Of a DNA stretch of 64,000 bases, positions 1-13,305 are shown piece after piece. A program made the translations under genes and the position numbers. Location: the NCBI RefSeq assembly GCF_028641065.1, contig NC_073392.1, positions 21,328,001-21,392,000 of the forward strand, in the 5' to 3' direction. Origin of the DNA: Leucoraja erinacea. Lineage: Eukaryota. Numbering within the stretch: position 1 is the stretch's first letter; each line of letters starts with the position of its first letter. The notes beneath the pieces are model-generated. The model worked only from the letters and a program-made list of their open reading frames with translations. It had not been told where the DNA came from and did no database searches.

Positions 1-199
1 TAGAGGCATCCGTGCACCTCTGCATTGAACCTTTCATAACATTCAATTTACTTGTTAGCACACATGTACTCATCAAAGTGATAAATGTACACTTATATAA
101 CATTTTTAATGTAACAAAGTGGCAGCTTTAGTACAGAGGATGTAGGCCTGCATCTGGGTTAGAAGATTGTGGCATCAGCTCATTCAATAACATTCAGAG

Positions 200-730
200 G
201 ATAGGTTAGTTTTAGTCACCCTACTTTAGGAAGGATATTTTTAACTGGAAAGAATGCAGAGAAGATTTACAGAGTTGTTGGCAGTTCTTAAGGGCCTGAA
301 ATACAGGGAGAGGTCGAGCAGGATAGGATATTATTCCTTGAAGCACAGGAGGATGGGGAATGATCTTATAGGGGTGCATAAGATCATAACGAGAATAGAT
401 AGGGTAAATGCACAGAGTCTTTTAACCAGAGTAGGGGAATCAAGAACCAGCGGACATTCTGTAGGTTTAAGGTGAGAGGGAAAAGATATAATAGGATCTT
501 GAGAGGCACCATTTTCACACACAGGGTGGTTGATTTATGGTACAAGCTGCCAGAGGAGGTGGTTGTGGCAGGTAACACTTTTTAAAAGGCATTTGGACAG
601 TGTACATAGATAGGAAAGGTTCATGGGATTATGGCCCAATCACGGGAAGGTGGAACTAGTGTAGTTGGGGCATCTTGGTCGGCATGAGCTGGTTGGGCCA
701 AAGAGTCTGTTTCCGTGCCGTAAGACTCTA
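200..730 (+). mobile_element. CR1 LINE 3' fragment (decayed ORF2 C-terminus and 3' UTR)
   Basis: QRRFT..L.GL.Y.ERL-like and GESRT.GH motifs; CR1-type 3' end. Confidence 0.8.
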
Positions 731-1258
731 GGTATTTCAATACAGTTTTGAGGAAGTATTTTATAGTCGGAGGAGCCATCTCTTTGAAGAGCCAGAAAAG
801 TGAAGTCTGCCCACCATCAAAGGTTATAAACAATCTCCTGCATTATTCAAAGAAGATCAAGGGATTTTATCAAGTCTAGCCAATGTTATCTCTCAGTTAG
901 CATCTGCATAAAACCCATATGATCTGGTCACTTATTGAGTTCTGTGGGATCTTGATGAATGTAAATAAGTTACAACATACTGTACAATATAGAAAATATA
1001 ATATTGACTTTTTCTGACCAAATTTTATTTCACATACTGACCTGATAATCAGTCAATAATAAGTAATGGAAATGTTTTACCTTTATTATGGGCCCTCACT
1101 GCCCTACTGCATGCTACCTGTCCTGTCTTCCTGAAAAGGTTAGGAAGAATTATTAATTAAGCACAGTCATATTCCTATCTTAGACACAAGTGTTCATGCA
1201 TTTAGATTGTCTGTTCATTGATTTGTTGTACATTAATATTTCCTGATGTTTTGTTCAG

Positions 1259-1408
1259 GCTTTGTTCAGGCCTGTAGCCATGATGGTTCCTGACTATGCC
1301 ATGATAGCTGAGATTTCTCTGTACTCCTTTGGGTTCAGCAATGCCAAAGTTCTCGCAAAGAAAATCACCACAACTTTCAAACTATCCAGTGAACAACTTA
1401 GCTCACAG
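1259..1408 (+). CDS. DNAH1: DNAH1 exon ([12 protein letters not shown]...SSEQLSSQ), phase 0-0
   Basis: ttcag|GCT...CAG|gtaaat; 150 nt. Confidence 0.95.
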
Positions 1409-1506
1409 GTAAATCAACAACTTAAAAATTAAAAATACCATTATTGCAGTTTAACGACTCAGTACATCTTTAGTCTTTCTTTATTGAACCATATCAAATA
1501 GTATGT

Positions 1507-1605
1507 GGACAAAAATGCTGGAGAAACTCAGCGGGTGAGGCAGCATCTATGGAGCGAAGGAATAGGTGACGTTTCGGGTCGAGACCCTTCTGCAGCCTGA
1601 TGAGT

Positions 1606-1636
<31 letters not shown>

Positions 1637-2144
1637 CTGTGGGAGAGCTGGGAAGGGGAGGGGAAGGAGGGGTGAAAGCAAGGACTGCCTGAAATTGGAG
1701 AAGTCACTGTTCATACCACTGGGGTGTAAACTACCCAAGCAGAATTTGAGGTGTTGCTCCTCCAATTTGCGGTGGGACTCACTCTGGCCATGGGGGAGGC
1801 CCAGGACAGAAAGGTCAGATTCAGAACGGGAGTTAAAGTGTTGAGCCACCGGGAGATCAGGTTGGTTAATGCGAACTGTGCGGAGGTGTTGGGCGAAGCA
1901 ATCGCCAGGCCTGCGCTTGGTCTCACCAATGTAGAGCAGTTGACACCTAGAGCAGCAGATGCAATAGATGAGGTTGGAGGAGGCGCAGGTGAACCTCTGC
2001 CTCACCTGGAAAGACTGCTTCAGTCCTTGAATGGCGTCAAGGGGGGAGGTAAAGCGACAAGTGTAGAATTTCCTGCAGTTGCAAGGGGGTGGTTTGGGTG
2101 GGAAGGAACAAATTGGCCAGGGAGTTACGGAGGGAACGGTCTCT
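1507..2144 (-). mobile_element. Penelope-like element 3' fragment (GIY-YIG endonuclease) with 18-bp TSD
   Basis: ORF NLIYCICCSRCQLLYIGETKR; ccatatcaaatagtatgt at 1489-1506 and 2145-2162. Confidence 0.88.
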
Positions 2145-2997
2145 CCATATCAAATAGTATGTTGGGTTATCTGAAGAAATCGTCTTTCTTGTTTTCTGAA
2201 CAAATATGACATGAAATTCTTGTAACCTTTCATTTACATTTGAGCCCATCATAATAAAGGTGGTTCTTGCTTCTTCCTCCTAATTAAACAATGTTTTGAA
2301 CTATGTATTTTGCTACATATATTCATCCACTGCATTTAAAACAAAAATAACAATACCCTGTACTAGAGAAACCTGTACTCATCACCGTGTATTATTTTGG
2401 CTTGTGGCCATTGCAGATTTCCCTGGTCATAGCAATCTTTGTCCTGAAACCATGATAAATATTGATTTATCTAATTTATTACACAAGGTCAGCAAAATGA
2501 GCGTGGTCATCTTTAATGCATTTTATTTGCTCATATTTTCCTCCCATGACATTAAGCCCCTGAGACACAAGAGGGAATTAATCTTTTTCCCTTTTGCATT
2601 CTCCCATTTATGAGTTTTCCTTCACAGTTTATTGATAAAATTCTAATATTTAAAATAAAAATTTAAAAAGGTGCTGGAAAGACTCAAGAAGCTGCTATTG
2701 TTAGAAATAGTTCATGTTTCAGGTCAGTAACATTTCAACAGAATAGGCTATGTTAATTCTGAGCTTCTTATTGAAGATGTCTGGCGGCTAAATATTTCCA
2801 GCGTTTTCAGCAACTATTGTTTTGTATTTTTGTACCTTTAATGTTTCAGAGATTGTAGGTAAAATGATTTAATGGAATGTCAAAATGACCTTGTATCTTC
2901 TCACTAGTTCCATATTTCTTCCATCTTGACAACCTGAATACAAACCCATATGGTTTATAAAATATAATTTGATTATTAATTAATGTCTCTACTTCAG

Positions 2998-3084
2998 GAT
3001 CACTATGACTTTGGAATGAGAGCTGTAAAAACGGTGATATCTGCAGCAGGGAACCTGAAGAGAGAAAATCCTAATATGGATGAG
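2998..3084 (+). CDS. DNAH1: DNAH1 exon ([29 protein letters not shown])
   Basis: ttcag|GAT...GAG|gtaaag; 87 nt; conserved HYDFGMRA. Confidence 0.95.
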
Positions 3085-4764
3085 GTAAAGGGCTAATGGA
3101 ATAGAGTTTTGATCCTAAAACAAAATAGTACTTCATCAGTCCCAATGCTGAAAATATATTATCGATTGAAATGCTGACTAAACTGAATTTCAAATTGAAT
3201 AACAGATCCAGTCCTGCAATTAGATTGTTTGACAGCCAGTATGTTATTCATGGAATAATCCATAATGTTTTTATATTTATGAAGAAAAACAACCGTGTTG
3301 CATTTAGAATAACACATTGCCAATGTATTATACAGTACATAAAATAATTTACAATAATCAAGCATATTATACACATAAATTACAGATAGTGATTGCAAAA
3401 AGATTTCATAAAGATATACCAAAGATATTATGAAAAAAATGTATGGTAAACATTATACCTTACAATCGTAAATGACTTAATCGTCACAGTCTGTAAATAG
3501 TCATGTGTATATATATTTTTTAAAGCAATGTATTATTAACACATAGCCAGATTTCTTAATTCGAATTAAATGTTCAAGAAGTAAATTACACAAGAGTAAA
3601 TGGTATCCAGAATCAATTTCATTTTGAGTAATAGATTATGAGAATATATTGAACTAGTTAGGAATATATTGAAGTTGGCTATTCTATCCAAAAGCTGTCT
3701 TATATTTGATGCATGGCCCCTGCAGACCCTCAGATGATTAGATGTGAGCCCTAATCTTAGATGTACGAGGTAGGACTTGAAATTGGCTCGTCATTTTGAA
3801 CAGAATTATTTGAAAAAAGAAGAAGGTGCTGAGAAAAAAAAAAATCTACTTATTAATTATTGCTAAATTAGGGTTCCAGCTAATCCAGATCTAGTCACAA
3901 GTTATTGCTTTAATTAATGTTGAGAAAAGTATTGGTTTTCTCCATAATAAGTGTTTTCATTGGGAACATTGTCACTGTGGAGAAAGATGTTGAGCTAATA
4001 TGTATGAAAACAATACTACACTAATTGGTTGTGGCTTCACAAGCTAATTCGCAGAATGGAGTGAATTCTTCTTTCCTGCAGTATTATTGCTTTTTCCCTT
4101 TGGAATTTTATACATTGCTGTGACTTATCAACTCGACAGACACACCTTGATATTTGCAGGCAAGCATGCAGGGAGAAAACAGGACACAATTTAACAGACA
4201 GGGACCCAAAGCAGGCGAAATCTGAATATATTATGAGAATCTCATTTGAATTATTTTCACTACTTCCCAATGAGTAGCTAGCCAGATTCAGAGGTTTTTG
4301 TGGCTGATGCATAGAAGGTTTTGAACAAGAGGCCCTCAGATGAAAACAGGAGAGGAGAGATTGCATTGTGATTGGATCATATTGTAGGTGGCAGAGATTT
4401 GATATTTCAATCATTGGGAGGCTTGGATCATGACAATGCTTGTTCTGACCCACAAACCCTGTTTGGAGTGCATTCAAATGCAGTTCTTAATTCCCTTTGG
4501 TTACTCGGTTTCCTGAGCTCTGTGAAACCTAGTGCATGGCTGTCGGATACATCTATATTATTAGGATTATTAAAGGTTATTCAATTCAATTCAATATAAT
4601 TAAAAGTCTCATCTTGACCACTTCCTGTCTGCGCTGTATATTGATTTTGGAAAAAACGCTATCATATATTGCTATGATTTTTGGCCATTGTACTCACAGT
4701 CCTCCTCCACTGAGCAGGCCCCGAGGACTTTTCCTACTGATGAAAAATAAAAAGATTATGAGTG

Positions 4765-4900
4765 TTTAAAACAACCTTGAGATCCTCTCGCCTGTCAATC
4801 AACGCGATGAAGGTAACGCCCCTTCCGGGGCGGGGGGTGGGTGGGGCGTTATCTTCATCGCGGTGATTGACAGGCGAGAGGATCTCAAGGTTGTTTTAAA
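4765..4900. repeat. 58-bp inverted repeat (2 mismatches) with 20-nt spacer
   Basis: tttaaaacaaccttgagatcc...aacgcccc (4765-4822) versus ggggcgtt...ggttgttttaaa (4843-4900). Confidence 0.95.
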
Positions 4901-5040
4901 ACTATAAAACCCCGGATGCGTGAACATGACTCAGTCACTCTGCAAGATCGTGGGGATAGGCCACTACTCTCATTCTAGGCTGTGAATCAACTGAACTGTG
5001 AGTCTGCAATGTACTTGCAATAAATGATTTGTTAGCCCTT

Positions 5041-6430
5041 AATGAAAATGAAATGAGTTGTTTGGCCTGCCCTGTGCTTGAAACTGCAATGGAAATGAAA
5101 TGAAAATGTAATGAGCTGTTTGGCCTGCGCTGTGCTTTAAACTGTAATGGCAATAGAAATGAAGTGAAAATGCAATGAACTGTTTGGCTTGGCCTGCCCT
5201 GTGCTTGAAACTGTAATGGCAATGAAAATGAAATGAAAATGCACTCAGCTGTTCGGCCTGCCCTTTGCTTGAAACTGCAATGGCAATGGGAGTGAAATGA
5301 AGATGCAATTAGCTGTTTGGCCTGCCCTGTGCTTGAAACTGCAATGGCAATGGAAGTGAAATGAAAATGCAATGAGCTGTTTGGCCTGCCCTGTGTTTGA
5401 AACTGCAATGGAAGTGAAATGAAAATGCAATGAGCTATTCGGCCTGCCCTGTGCTTGAAACGGCAATGGCAATGGAAGTTAAATGAAAATGCAATGAGCT
5501 GTTCGGTCTGCCCCGTCTTTGAAACTGCAATTGCAATGGAAATTAAGTGAAATTGCAATCAGCTGTTTGGCTTGGTCTGCCCTGTGCTTGAAACTGCAAT
5601 GACAATGGAAATGAAGTGAAATTGCAAACAGCTGTTTGGCTTGGTCTGCCCTGTGCTTGAAACTGCAATGGCAATGGAAGTGAGATGAAAATGCAATCAG
5701 CTGTTTGGCTTGGCCTGCCCTGTGCTTGAAACTGCAATGGCAATGGAAGTGAAGTGAAAATGCAATGAGCTGTTTGGCTTGACCTGCCCTGCGCTTGAAA
5801 CTGCAATGGCAATGGAAATGAAGTGAAATTGTAATCAGCTGTTTGGCTTGGACTACCCAGTGCTTGAAACTTCAATGGCAATGGAAGTGAAATGAAAATG
5901 CAATTAGATGTTCAGCCTGCCCTATGCTCGAAACTGCAATGGCAATGGAAGTGAAATAAAAATGCAATGAGATGTTCGGCCTGCCCTGTGCTTGAAACTG
6001 CAATGGCAATGGAAGTGAAGTGAAAATGAAATGAACTGTTTGGCTTTGCCTGCCCTGTGTTTGAAACTGCAATGGTGATGGAAGTGACGTGAAAATGCCA
6101 TCAGCTGTTTGGCTTGGTCTGCCCTCTGCTTAAAACTGCAATGGCAATGGAAGTGAAATGAAAATGCAATGAGCTGTTCGGCCTGCCCTGTGCTTGAAAC
6201 TGCAATGGCAAAGGAATTGAAATGAAAATGCAATGAGCTGTTCGGCCTGCACTGTGCTTGAATCTGTAATGGCAATGGAAATTAAATGAAAATGCAATTA
6301 ACTATTCATCCTGCCCTGTGCTTGAAACTGCAATGGAAATGTAAATGAAATGAAAATGCAATGAGCTGTTTGGTCTGCCCTGTGCTTGAAATGAAATGGA
6401 AATGAAATGAATTGTTTGGCCTGCCTGAAA
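5041..6430. repeat. Minisatellite, ~59-64 bp unit, about 22 degenerate copies
   Basis: Unit gaaactgcaatggcaatggaagtgaaatgaaaatgcaatgagctgtttggc(ttggc)ctgccctgtgctt. Confidence 0.95.
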
Positions 6431-6861
6431 CCACTAATTTCGGCCCACAAGGCCCTTATTAGCCGAGAAACCAGTCCTTTTTGCCCTGTATTAACCCAGG
6501 AGGAGCATTTTGACCCAAAAGGCCCAAGCCAGGCCAGGAAAGTCCAGAAAAAGTGCTTTTCACTGAGATTTCACTTTTTTTTTTAAAGAGCCCCTTCAGC
6601 CCATCAAGCCTGTACTAGCCCAGGAGGAGGCCTTTCGGCCCACCAGTAAGTATTCCCCCTGCAAGTATTAAACCTCACCCCAGTATTTTTCTCCCTCCCT
6701 TCATTGTCTCCCTGTGAGATCCAGGCCAGGATAGACTTTCCTCTTTCATTATTGTGATCTGCAGAAAAAGATGAAAAATGTCTAAAATTGATTTTCAACC
6801 CTCTCCCCCTTCTCTCTCACAGTGTCTCTCACCTGCTTTGGGCAGAATTTCTGCCAGTTTC

Positions 6862-6936
6862 TGAGCTGCCAGCCCACCAGGCCTGAGTGACTGAGCTGCC
6901 AGCCCACCAAACCTAAGTGACTGAGCTGCCAGCCCA
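6862..6936. repeat. 30-bp tandem repeat, ~2.5 copies
   Basis: tgagctgccagcccaccaggcctgagtgac. Confidence 0.85.
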
Positions 6937-7577
6937 AGAATCCATTTGGCCCACAATGTCCATACTAGCCCTCTGGAAACCAGTCCCTTTGGCCCACAAC
7001 ACCCATACTAGCGCTCCAGAAAGCCCCCCCCCCCCCACCCCCCACTGGCCACCAATATTGGAATTGGTGGAGAGTTGGAATATTGCGTTGGTGGACCAGC
7101 CCTCCCATGTGAACATGAGACCCAACGGGTCCCACTTAGTCTAGTGATTGCTAAATCGAAGGCATATGGACTCATTGACATAATAAAATGTCCCCAATGT
7201 CTGATCCCTATCCCGCATCAATGCTCCTCTTTTGCTGCTTAATATGAGATGTTAGAGGGACAGGCCAAGTCTTACTGTTCCTTATAAATGTCCATCCTTT
7301 GAGGTTTTAGAATTTTCATTCAACATCACAGTGTTTAGCAATTTTGGACTGAATGGGACTTACTTAAACTTACCTGTATTAATATCAATTCAAGATGTGA
7401 GTGCACAAAGAAGTGTAGGCCCTCATTAGCTTTGACATACACAATTTACTAACCCCAACATGGAGCAAGAATGAAAAGAAGACATGGAGTCAAATAGAAA
7501 TAAACTGCAGTTAGATCTAATAGAAATACTAAAAAAATTCTCATATCATTTAAGCTAACAGCTATGCTATGTTTTAG

Positions 7578-7764
7578 GAGCTGATATGTCTGAGAGCAAT
7601 CCGTGATGTGAATGTGCCCAAGTTCTTGCAAGATGATCTCAAGCTCTTCAATGGGATTGTGTCTGATCTCTTCCCCAAGATTAAGGAAGAAGCCATTGAC
7701 TATGGCATTCTGGAGCAATCCATTCGCAGAACATGCGGCAAGAAAAGTCTGAAAGATGTTAATG
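7578..7764 (+). CDS. DNAH1: DNAH1 exon (ELICLRAIRDVNVPKFLQDDLKLFNGIVSDLFP...)
   Basis: tttag|GAG...AATG|gttagt; 187 nt, ends phase 1. Confidence 0.95.
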
Positions 7765-8164
7765 GTTAGTTACTTTTCAAGGAAGAAATATCCTTAAAGT
7801 GATTGCACATAGAGCATGAGTATCGGTAATCATGCAACATACAATTGAAATCTGACCTATAAAATTGATTCATGTATATATGTATTTTACAATAATCTTT
7901 CAGGAAATCACATCTGAACAACGAAATAATTTAAAAAGGTCATCAGTTACTTCTAGGTTTGTTGACTAGACGGTTGGAACAGAACCTGTCGTGTACAGTA
8001 ATTCAGAATCTTGGAGGTGCAACAATTCTGGGGATATCAAGATGTTTTAGAGATGAAGCCTTAAGTAGTCATGCCCCCTGTCCTCCAGCATTAGCAGGAT
8101 CCCATCAGAAGGAGGAGGGGAAGTAATATTATTTCCCCATTTATAAAATAGTCTAAAGCTTTAT

Positions 8165-8880
8165 TCCTATGACCAAAATGCATCTCCAAACTTTGCTAAA
8201 AATGTATTCCATCTGCCACTTTGTTGTCCATTCTCCCAACCTGTCCCTACTTTCTCTACACAATCTGCCCCTACAATTATCTTTGCATCATCTACAAACA
8301 TGGCCACAAACCCTTCAATTCCCTCATTCAAGTCATTGATATTAAACGTGAAGAGTAGCGGTCCCAGCTCTGACCCTTGTGGAACACACCTCGTCACAGG
8401 TTGCCAACCAGAAAAAGCCCCCTTTATTCCCACACTTTGCCTTCTGCCATTCAGCCAGCCTCTATCCATGCTAGACTCTTCCCTCTAATACCATGGGCTC
8501 TCATCTTCTTTAGCAGGCTCATGTGCGGCACCTTATCAAAAACTTTCTGAAAACCCAAGTAAACAAAATACACTAACATTCCTTTGTCTATATTACCTCC
8601 TCAAAGAATTCCAGCAGATTTCTCAGGCAAGATTTACCCTTCAAAAAACCATGCTGACTTTGGCCTATTTTGTCATGTGTTTCTACGTATTTGGAAACCT
8701 CATACTGAGGTGTAATCCATCTGGTCCAGCTGGCTTACCCACCTTTAGACCATTCCGCTTCCCAAGCACCTTCTCCTTAGTAATACCCACTCCACTACTG
8801 ACTCTCTTAAATTCAGGTATGTTTCTGGTGTCTTCTGCTGTGACATCTGATGCAAAAAAATATTCAATTCCCCATATTAG
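8165..8880 (-). mobile_element. CR1 ORF2 RT fragment, decayed
   Basis: WQPVTRCVPQGSELGPLLFTFNINDL...FVDDAK. Confidence 0.85.
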
Positions 8881-8919
8881 AATATGCTAATCTAAGCAAA
8901 TGGATTATTTCAGGTGTAA

Positions 8920-9480
8920 CAAGCAGGTTAGGCAAAGAGGAACTGATGGATGTAATGTATTTAGATTAGAAAATGGCATTTGTTAAAGCACCACTTAACA
9001 GCTTGCTGCATGATGTAAGGTCATGTCATTGTGGATAGTACACTAGAATGGAGAGAGTTGGCTAATCCACAGAAAGCAGAAACTCAGGCCACATAACCAA
9101 TTTTTAAGTTGCTAACCTGTAACTAGCAGAGGCTTCAGAATGGTGGGTACTGATTTGTTTATAGATTAAACTAATACCTTTGAGTGTATTGTAGCCACAT
9201 TTGCTCACTTTACAGAGATAATTTGGAAAGCAAGGTAAGTGAAGGAGACAGAGTCTGTGCAAAGGGATATAGATAGATATATATGTGGGGAAAATTGGAA
9301 GGTGGAGAAATCAGATATTATCCATGTTGGTAGAAGGAATAGAGAAGCAAATATTGTTTAAATAGAGATACCACAGATTACTTTGCATTAAGGAATCTGG
9401 TTTTACCTGACCATGAAAATTAAACTGCATGTGCATCAAGTAATTAGCAAACAAAATGGAATATTGTTCTTTATTGGAAT
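8920..9480 (+). mobile_element. Old, heavily decayed CR1 RT fragment
   Basis: Degenerate DVMYLD.KMAFVK, W.RVG and WKVE traces similar to other CR1 copies. Confidence 0.55.
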
Positions 9481-9504
9481 GGTTCAATGCCTTGGTTCCG
9501 TGAA

Positions 9505-10640
9505 ATAGACAATAGACAATGGACAATAGACAATAGGTGCAGGGGTAGGCCATTGGTCCTTCAATGTGATTATGGCTGATCATCTCCAATCAGTACCCCG
9601 TTCCTACCTTTTCCCCATATCCCCTGACTCCGCTATCTTTTAAGAGCCCTATCCAGCTCTCTCATGAAATCACCCAGAGAACCTGCCTCCACTGCCCTCT
9701 GCGGCAGAGAATTCCACACACTCACAACTCTCTGTGAGAAAAAGTGTTTCCTCGACTCCGTTCTAAATGGCTTACCCCTTATTCTTAAAATGTTCCCCTG
9801 GTCCTGGACTCCCCCAACATCAGTAACAGGTTTCCTGCCTCCAGTGTGTCCAAACCCTTAACAATCTTATACGTTTCAATAAGATATCCTCTCATCCTTC
9901 TAAACTCCAGAGTGTACAAGCCCAGCTGCTTCATTCTCTCAGCATATGACAGTCCCACCATCCTGGGAATTAACCTTGTAAACCTATGTTGCACTCCCTC
10001 AATAACAAGAATGTCCTTCCTCAAATTAGGGGACCAAAACAGCACACAATACTCCAGGTGTGGTCTCACTAGGGCTCTGTACAACTGCAGAAGGACCTCT
10101 TTGCTCCTATACTTGACAACATGCCATTCGCTTTCTTCACTGCCTGCTGTACCTGCATGCTTACTTTCATAGACTAATGAACAAGGACCCCCAGATCCCA
10201 CTGTACTTCCCCTTTTCCCAACTTGACGCCATTTAGATAGTAATCTGCCTTCCTGTTTTTGCTACCAAAGTGGATAACCTCACATTTCTCCACATTAAAC
10301 GTCATCTGCCATGCATCCGCCCACTCCCCCAACCTGTCCAAGTCACCCTGCATTCTCATAGCATCCTCCTCACAGTTCACACTGCCACCCAGCTTTGTGT
10401 CATCTGCAAATTTGCTAATGTTATTTTGAAGCCCTTCATCCAAATCATTGATGTATATTGTAAATAGCTGCGGTCCCAGCACCGAGCCTTGCGGTACCCC
10501 ACTAGTCACTGCCTGCCATTCTGAAAGGGACCCGTTAATCCCCACTCTCTGTTTCCTGTCTGCCAACCAATTTTCTATCCATGTCAGCACTCCACCCCCA
10601 ATACCATGTGCCCTAATTTTGCCCACTAATCTCCTATGTG
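9505..10640 (-). mobile_element. CR1 3' part (RT to tail), young
   Basis: [40 protein letters not shown]; (ctattgt)n tail. Confidence 0.92.
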
Positions 10641-11696
10641 TCTAGAAATCAAATCTAGAGTACTACAAAAAGCTGTGTTCATATTTAAGGAGATTTTACT
10701 TCTAATGACTGCAGTTTGTGATGGAATCCTATTCTACTGTTGCTGAGGGTCCACAGTACTGATTTCCATTTGCTGATTTTGGGCTCTTTTTGGGTGATAA
10801 CAATTCATTTTCATGTTAACATTTTGTGCCTGGGTGAAGATGACATTTTCAGTATGTAATAGTGGCACCTCTTGGATTTCCTTGGGCGTGATATCAGTAA
10901 ACCTGGAAATAAACCCTAAAGTCTCCTCCTTTATGTCATTGATAATGATTGTAAGTGACATCAACCCAAACATTGATTCTTAAATTACCTTATTCATTGC
11001 AGCCTGTCAATGCCCAGAATCAAATAGTTTTTTCTTATTCTCTTTGAACAGATAAAATTAACTTCTTGCTTTAAATGTTCAGAAAGCTGAGATACGACAT
11101 GGTTTGTCTCTTTGGCTAAGTCATTGCTATAGATTGTAACTAACTGAGCACTGATAGTAATAATATTTTATTGTTCTAGTCCCCAATCTCGAAAATGGAT
11201 AATTTATTATTTCTCAATATTTTCTGGCAATTCTCAGACTGTCAACATTGATATTACTTTCAATCCCATGAACATTAATTTTGTGTTATTACCTCCTGTG
11301 CCATTTTATAGAATACCCTGTACATTTTGAACATCTTAATGTCTAGAAGTCTAAATCTAGACAAAATCCATTGGCTGCCCTTTGTTAGGCAGCATTTAAA
11401 CAGCGAGAAATTGAGTTAACATTTCAGTTTGATTGAAACTTGGGGAAGTTAGAGATAAATTATTTTAAAATGCATGGAAAAGAAAAGAGGAATAAAGCAC
11501 CAAAGGGAAGATTTATAATACTGTGTGACACAAGGAAGAGTAAATGACAAATAGGGATGATAATATAATGTAATTGAGTGGAAAAGGGGCAACTAAAGAA
11601 ACAAATGAGGATGTTTCAATGGAGAAAGATTATCTGAAAGTAACAAAGAAAAATACTGTGTATTCTGAAAATCTGAAATAAAACTACAGGAACTGG

Positions 11697-11956
11697 TTTA
11701 GTTTAGAGAGAAACAGCATGGAAACGGATTATATGTTATCCCACTAAGTCTCATTAACTCCCTACACACCAGGAACAATTTACAGAGGCCTATTAAACTA
11801 CAAATATGCATGTCTTTCGGATGGGGAGGAAATAGAAGCACCCACGTGGTCACACGGAGAATGTGGAAACACAGCCAGCACCCGAGGTGACAGGATCAAA
11901 ACCGGGTCTCCGGCGCTGTGAGGCAGCTGTTCTACCAGCTGCACCATTGTGCCGTC
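11697..11956 (-). mobile_element. tRNA-derived SINE (HE1/V-SINE-like)
   Basis: Minus-strand head ggcacaatggtgcagctggtag...ggttttgatcc (A/B-box-like); (ctaaa)n tail; homologous to 20022-20332. Confidence 0.75.
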
Positions 11957-12180
11957 TTGCTGATTATCTGAAATTGATGACTTAGTATCAAATCTGGAAG
12001 GCTGTATTGCGCTCAGTGAGAAGATGAGGTGCTGTTCCTCAAACTTCTTTTGCATACCATTGAGGGTCAAAGTCTGAGAATTCAGCGGAAGTGTGATGAA
12101 GAATTAAAGTGACAGTGACTGGAAATGCACAGTTGTACTTGAGAGCTGAACAGAGTGTACATCAAAGTGGCCATCTGACC
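11957..12180 (-). mobile_element. Old Penelope-like fragment
   Basis: KKFEEQHLIFSLSAIQPS matches RKLEEQHLKFCLGSLHPS of the 1507-2144 copy. Confidence 0.65.
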
Positions 12181-12400
12181 ATCTTCCATATTGTAGCCAC
12201 AAAGCTGGCATCCTGAAATAAAAGTCCAAAATGAGAAGAGTGTTTGAGAAAGAAGTAAATAGGTATTGCATCAAGTATCATGGGAATGGGAATGAATATA
12301 GGTGGAAATAATGGAGCATCCTGGTGAGAATGATTCTTCAAATTCTGATAAGGAACGAATAGGAGAAATTGTTGGATCCATCATAAATTGCACAAGATGA

Positions 12401-13305
12401 TGAGAATAAAATCCCTGGTCCAGATGGATTGTACCTACATATTTTAAAATAATCTCGTCAGGATGGCAGATATGCATGATATGCTTAATCACTGTGTTAT
12501 AAAAAAATTGCAACGCCAAAGGGACGGTGGATAACTCACATGTTCCCAAAATTGGCGTGTGCATCATGGTGCCTGATCCTCTTCATTCCACGTCAAATTA
12601 ATTATCCTGGATTGGGGAAATAACGTCAATCTCGGCATTGAGCTATCTCCTGAGATCTCTGAGATCAATTAAAATATCCTGGAATCTTTAATATTTATTT
12701 GTTTTGCCCTGAATATTTAAAATACCTCTGAATTCAAATAGCTAGCTGTGGATTCCGTTTCCGTTGATTACAGATCCATTTCCCTCATCCATAAATTGTG
12801 GTGAGGAGATTCTGTTGAGCATGTTTCATCTATGTAAACTTTGTTAAGTTTTGCTCCAGAACAAAATGCTTTAGAGTATTAAACTGGCAAAGGGAAGCAA
12901 AAGTAGTGGTAGTCTCAACTACTTTATTACTAAGTTTCCAATTAATATTAAATCCTGGTCATGTGAGAATGTCCCCGTGGGAAATGCTACCAATAAGAAA
13001 TAAGTAAAACGCAGAAAACAGAGCAACCAGATCACTTGCGTTTTGTTAAATAACTGGTAGAGTGTCGACCAACTGGTAGAGAGCTAATCTATCATATAAC
13101 AAAGAGTATATTACTATTTTCTTTTTTCACTCATTTCAGTGTGTATATATGTTTAAAATAAATGCAAAGGAATTTTAGGTCCCTTTGGCGTTGCAATTTG
13201 TTTATAACACAGTGAATAAGCATATCATGCATATCTGCCATCCTGACTTGAGATTCTTTTAAAATATGTAGGTACAATCTATCTGGACCAGGGATTTTAT
13301 TCTCA
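12401..13305. repeat. ~125-bp inverted repeat with ~650-bp spacer
   Basis: 12401-12525 is the near reverse complement of 13179-13305. Confidence 0.9.

Larger units (their letters stand above)
4591..7144 (+). mobile_element. Non-autonomous Helitron with internal minisatellite and inverted duplication
   Basis: 5' TCAATATAATTAAAAGTCTC; 3' hairpin gacccaacgggtc (7119-7131) then CTAG|T; ends homologous to the 13870-15354 element. Confidence 0.75.

Noticed and set aside
1605-1636. Poly-G run / poly-Pro ORF
   Set aside because: Homopolymer expansion in the Penelope 3' region; length unreliable
5041-6430. CRISPR-like array or repeat-protein ORFs
   Set aside because: Units are contiguous degenerate tandem copies without unique spacers, in a vertebrate context; the ORFs are repeat artefacts
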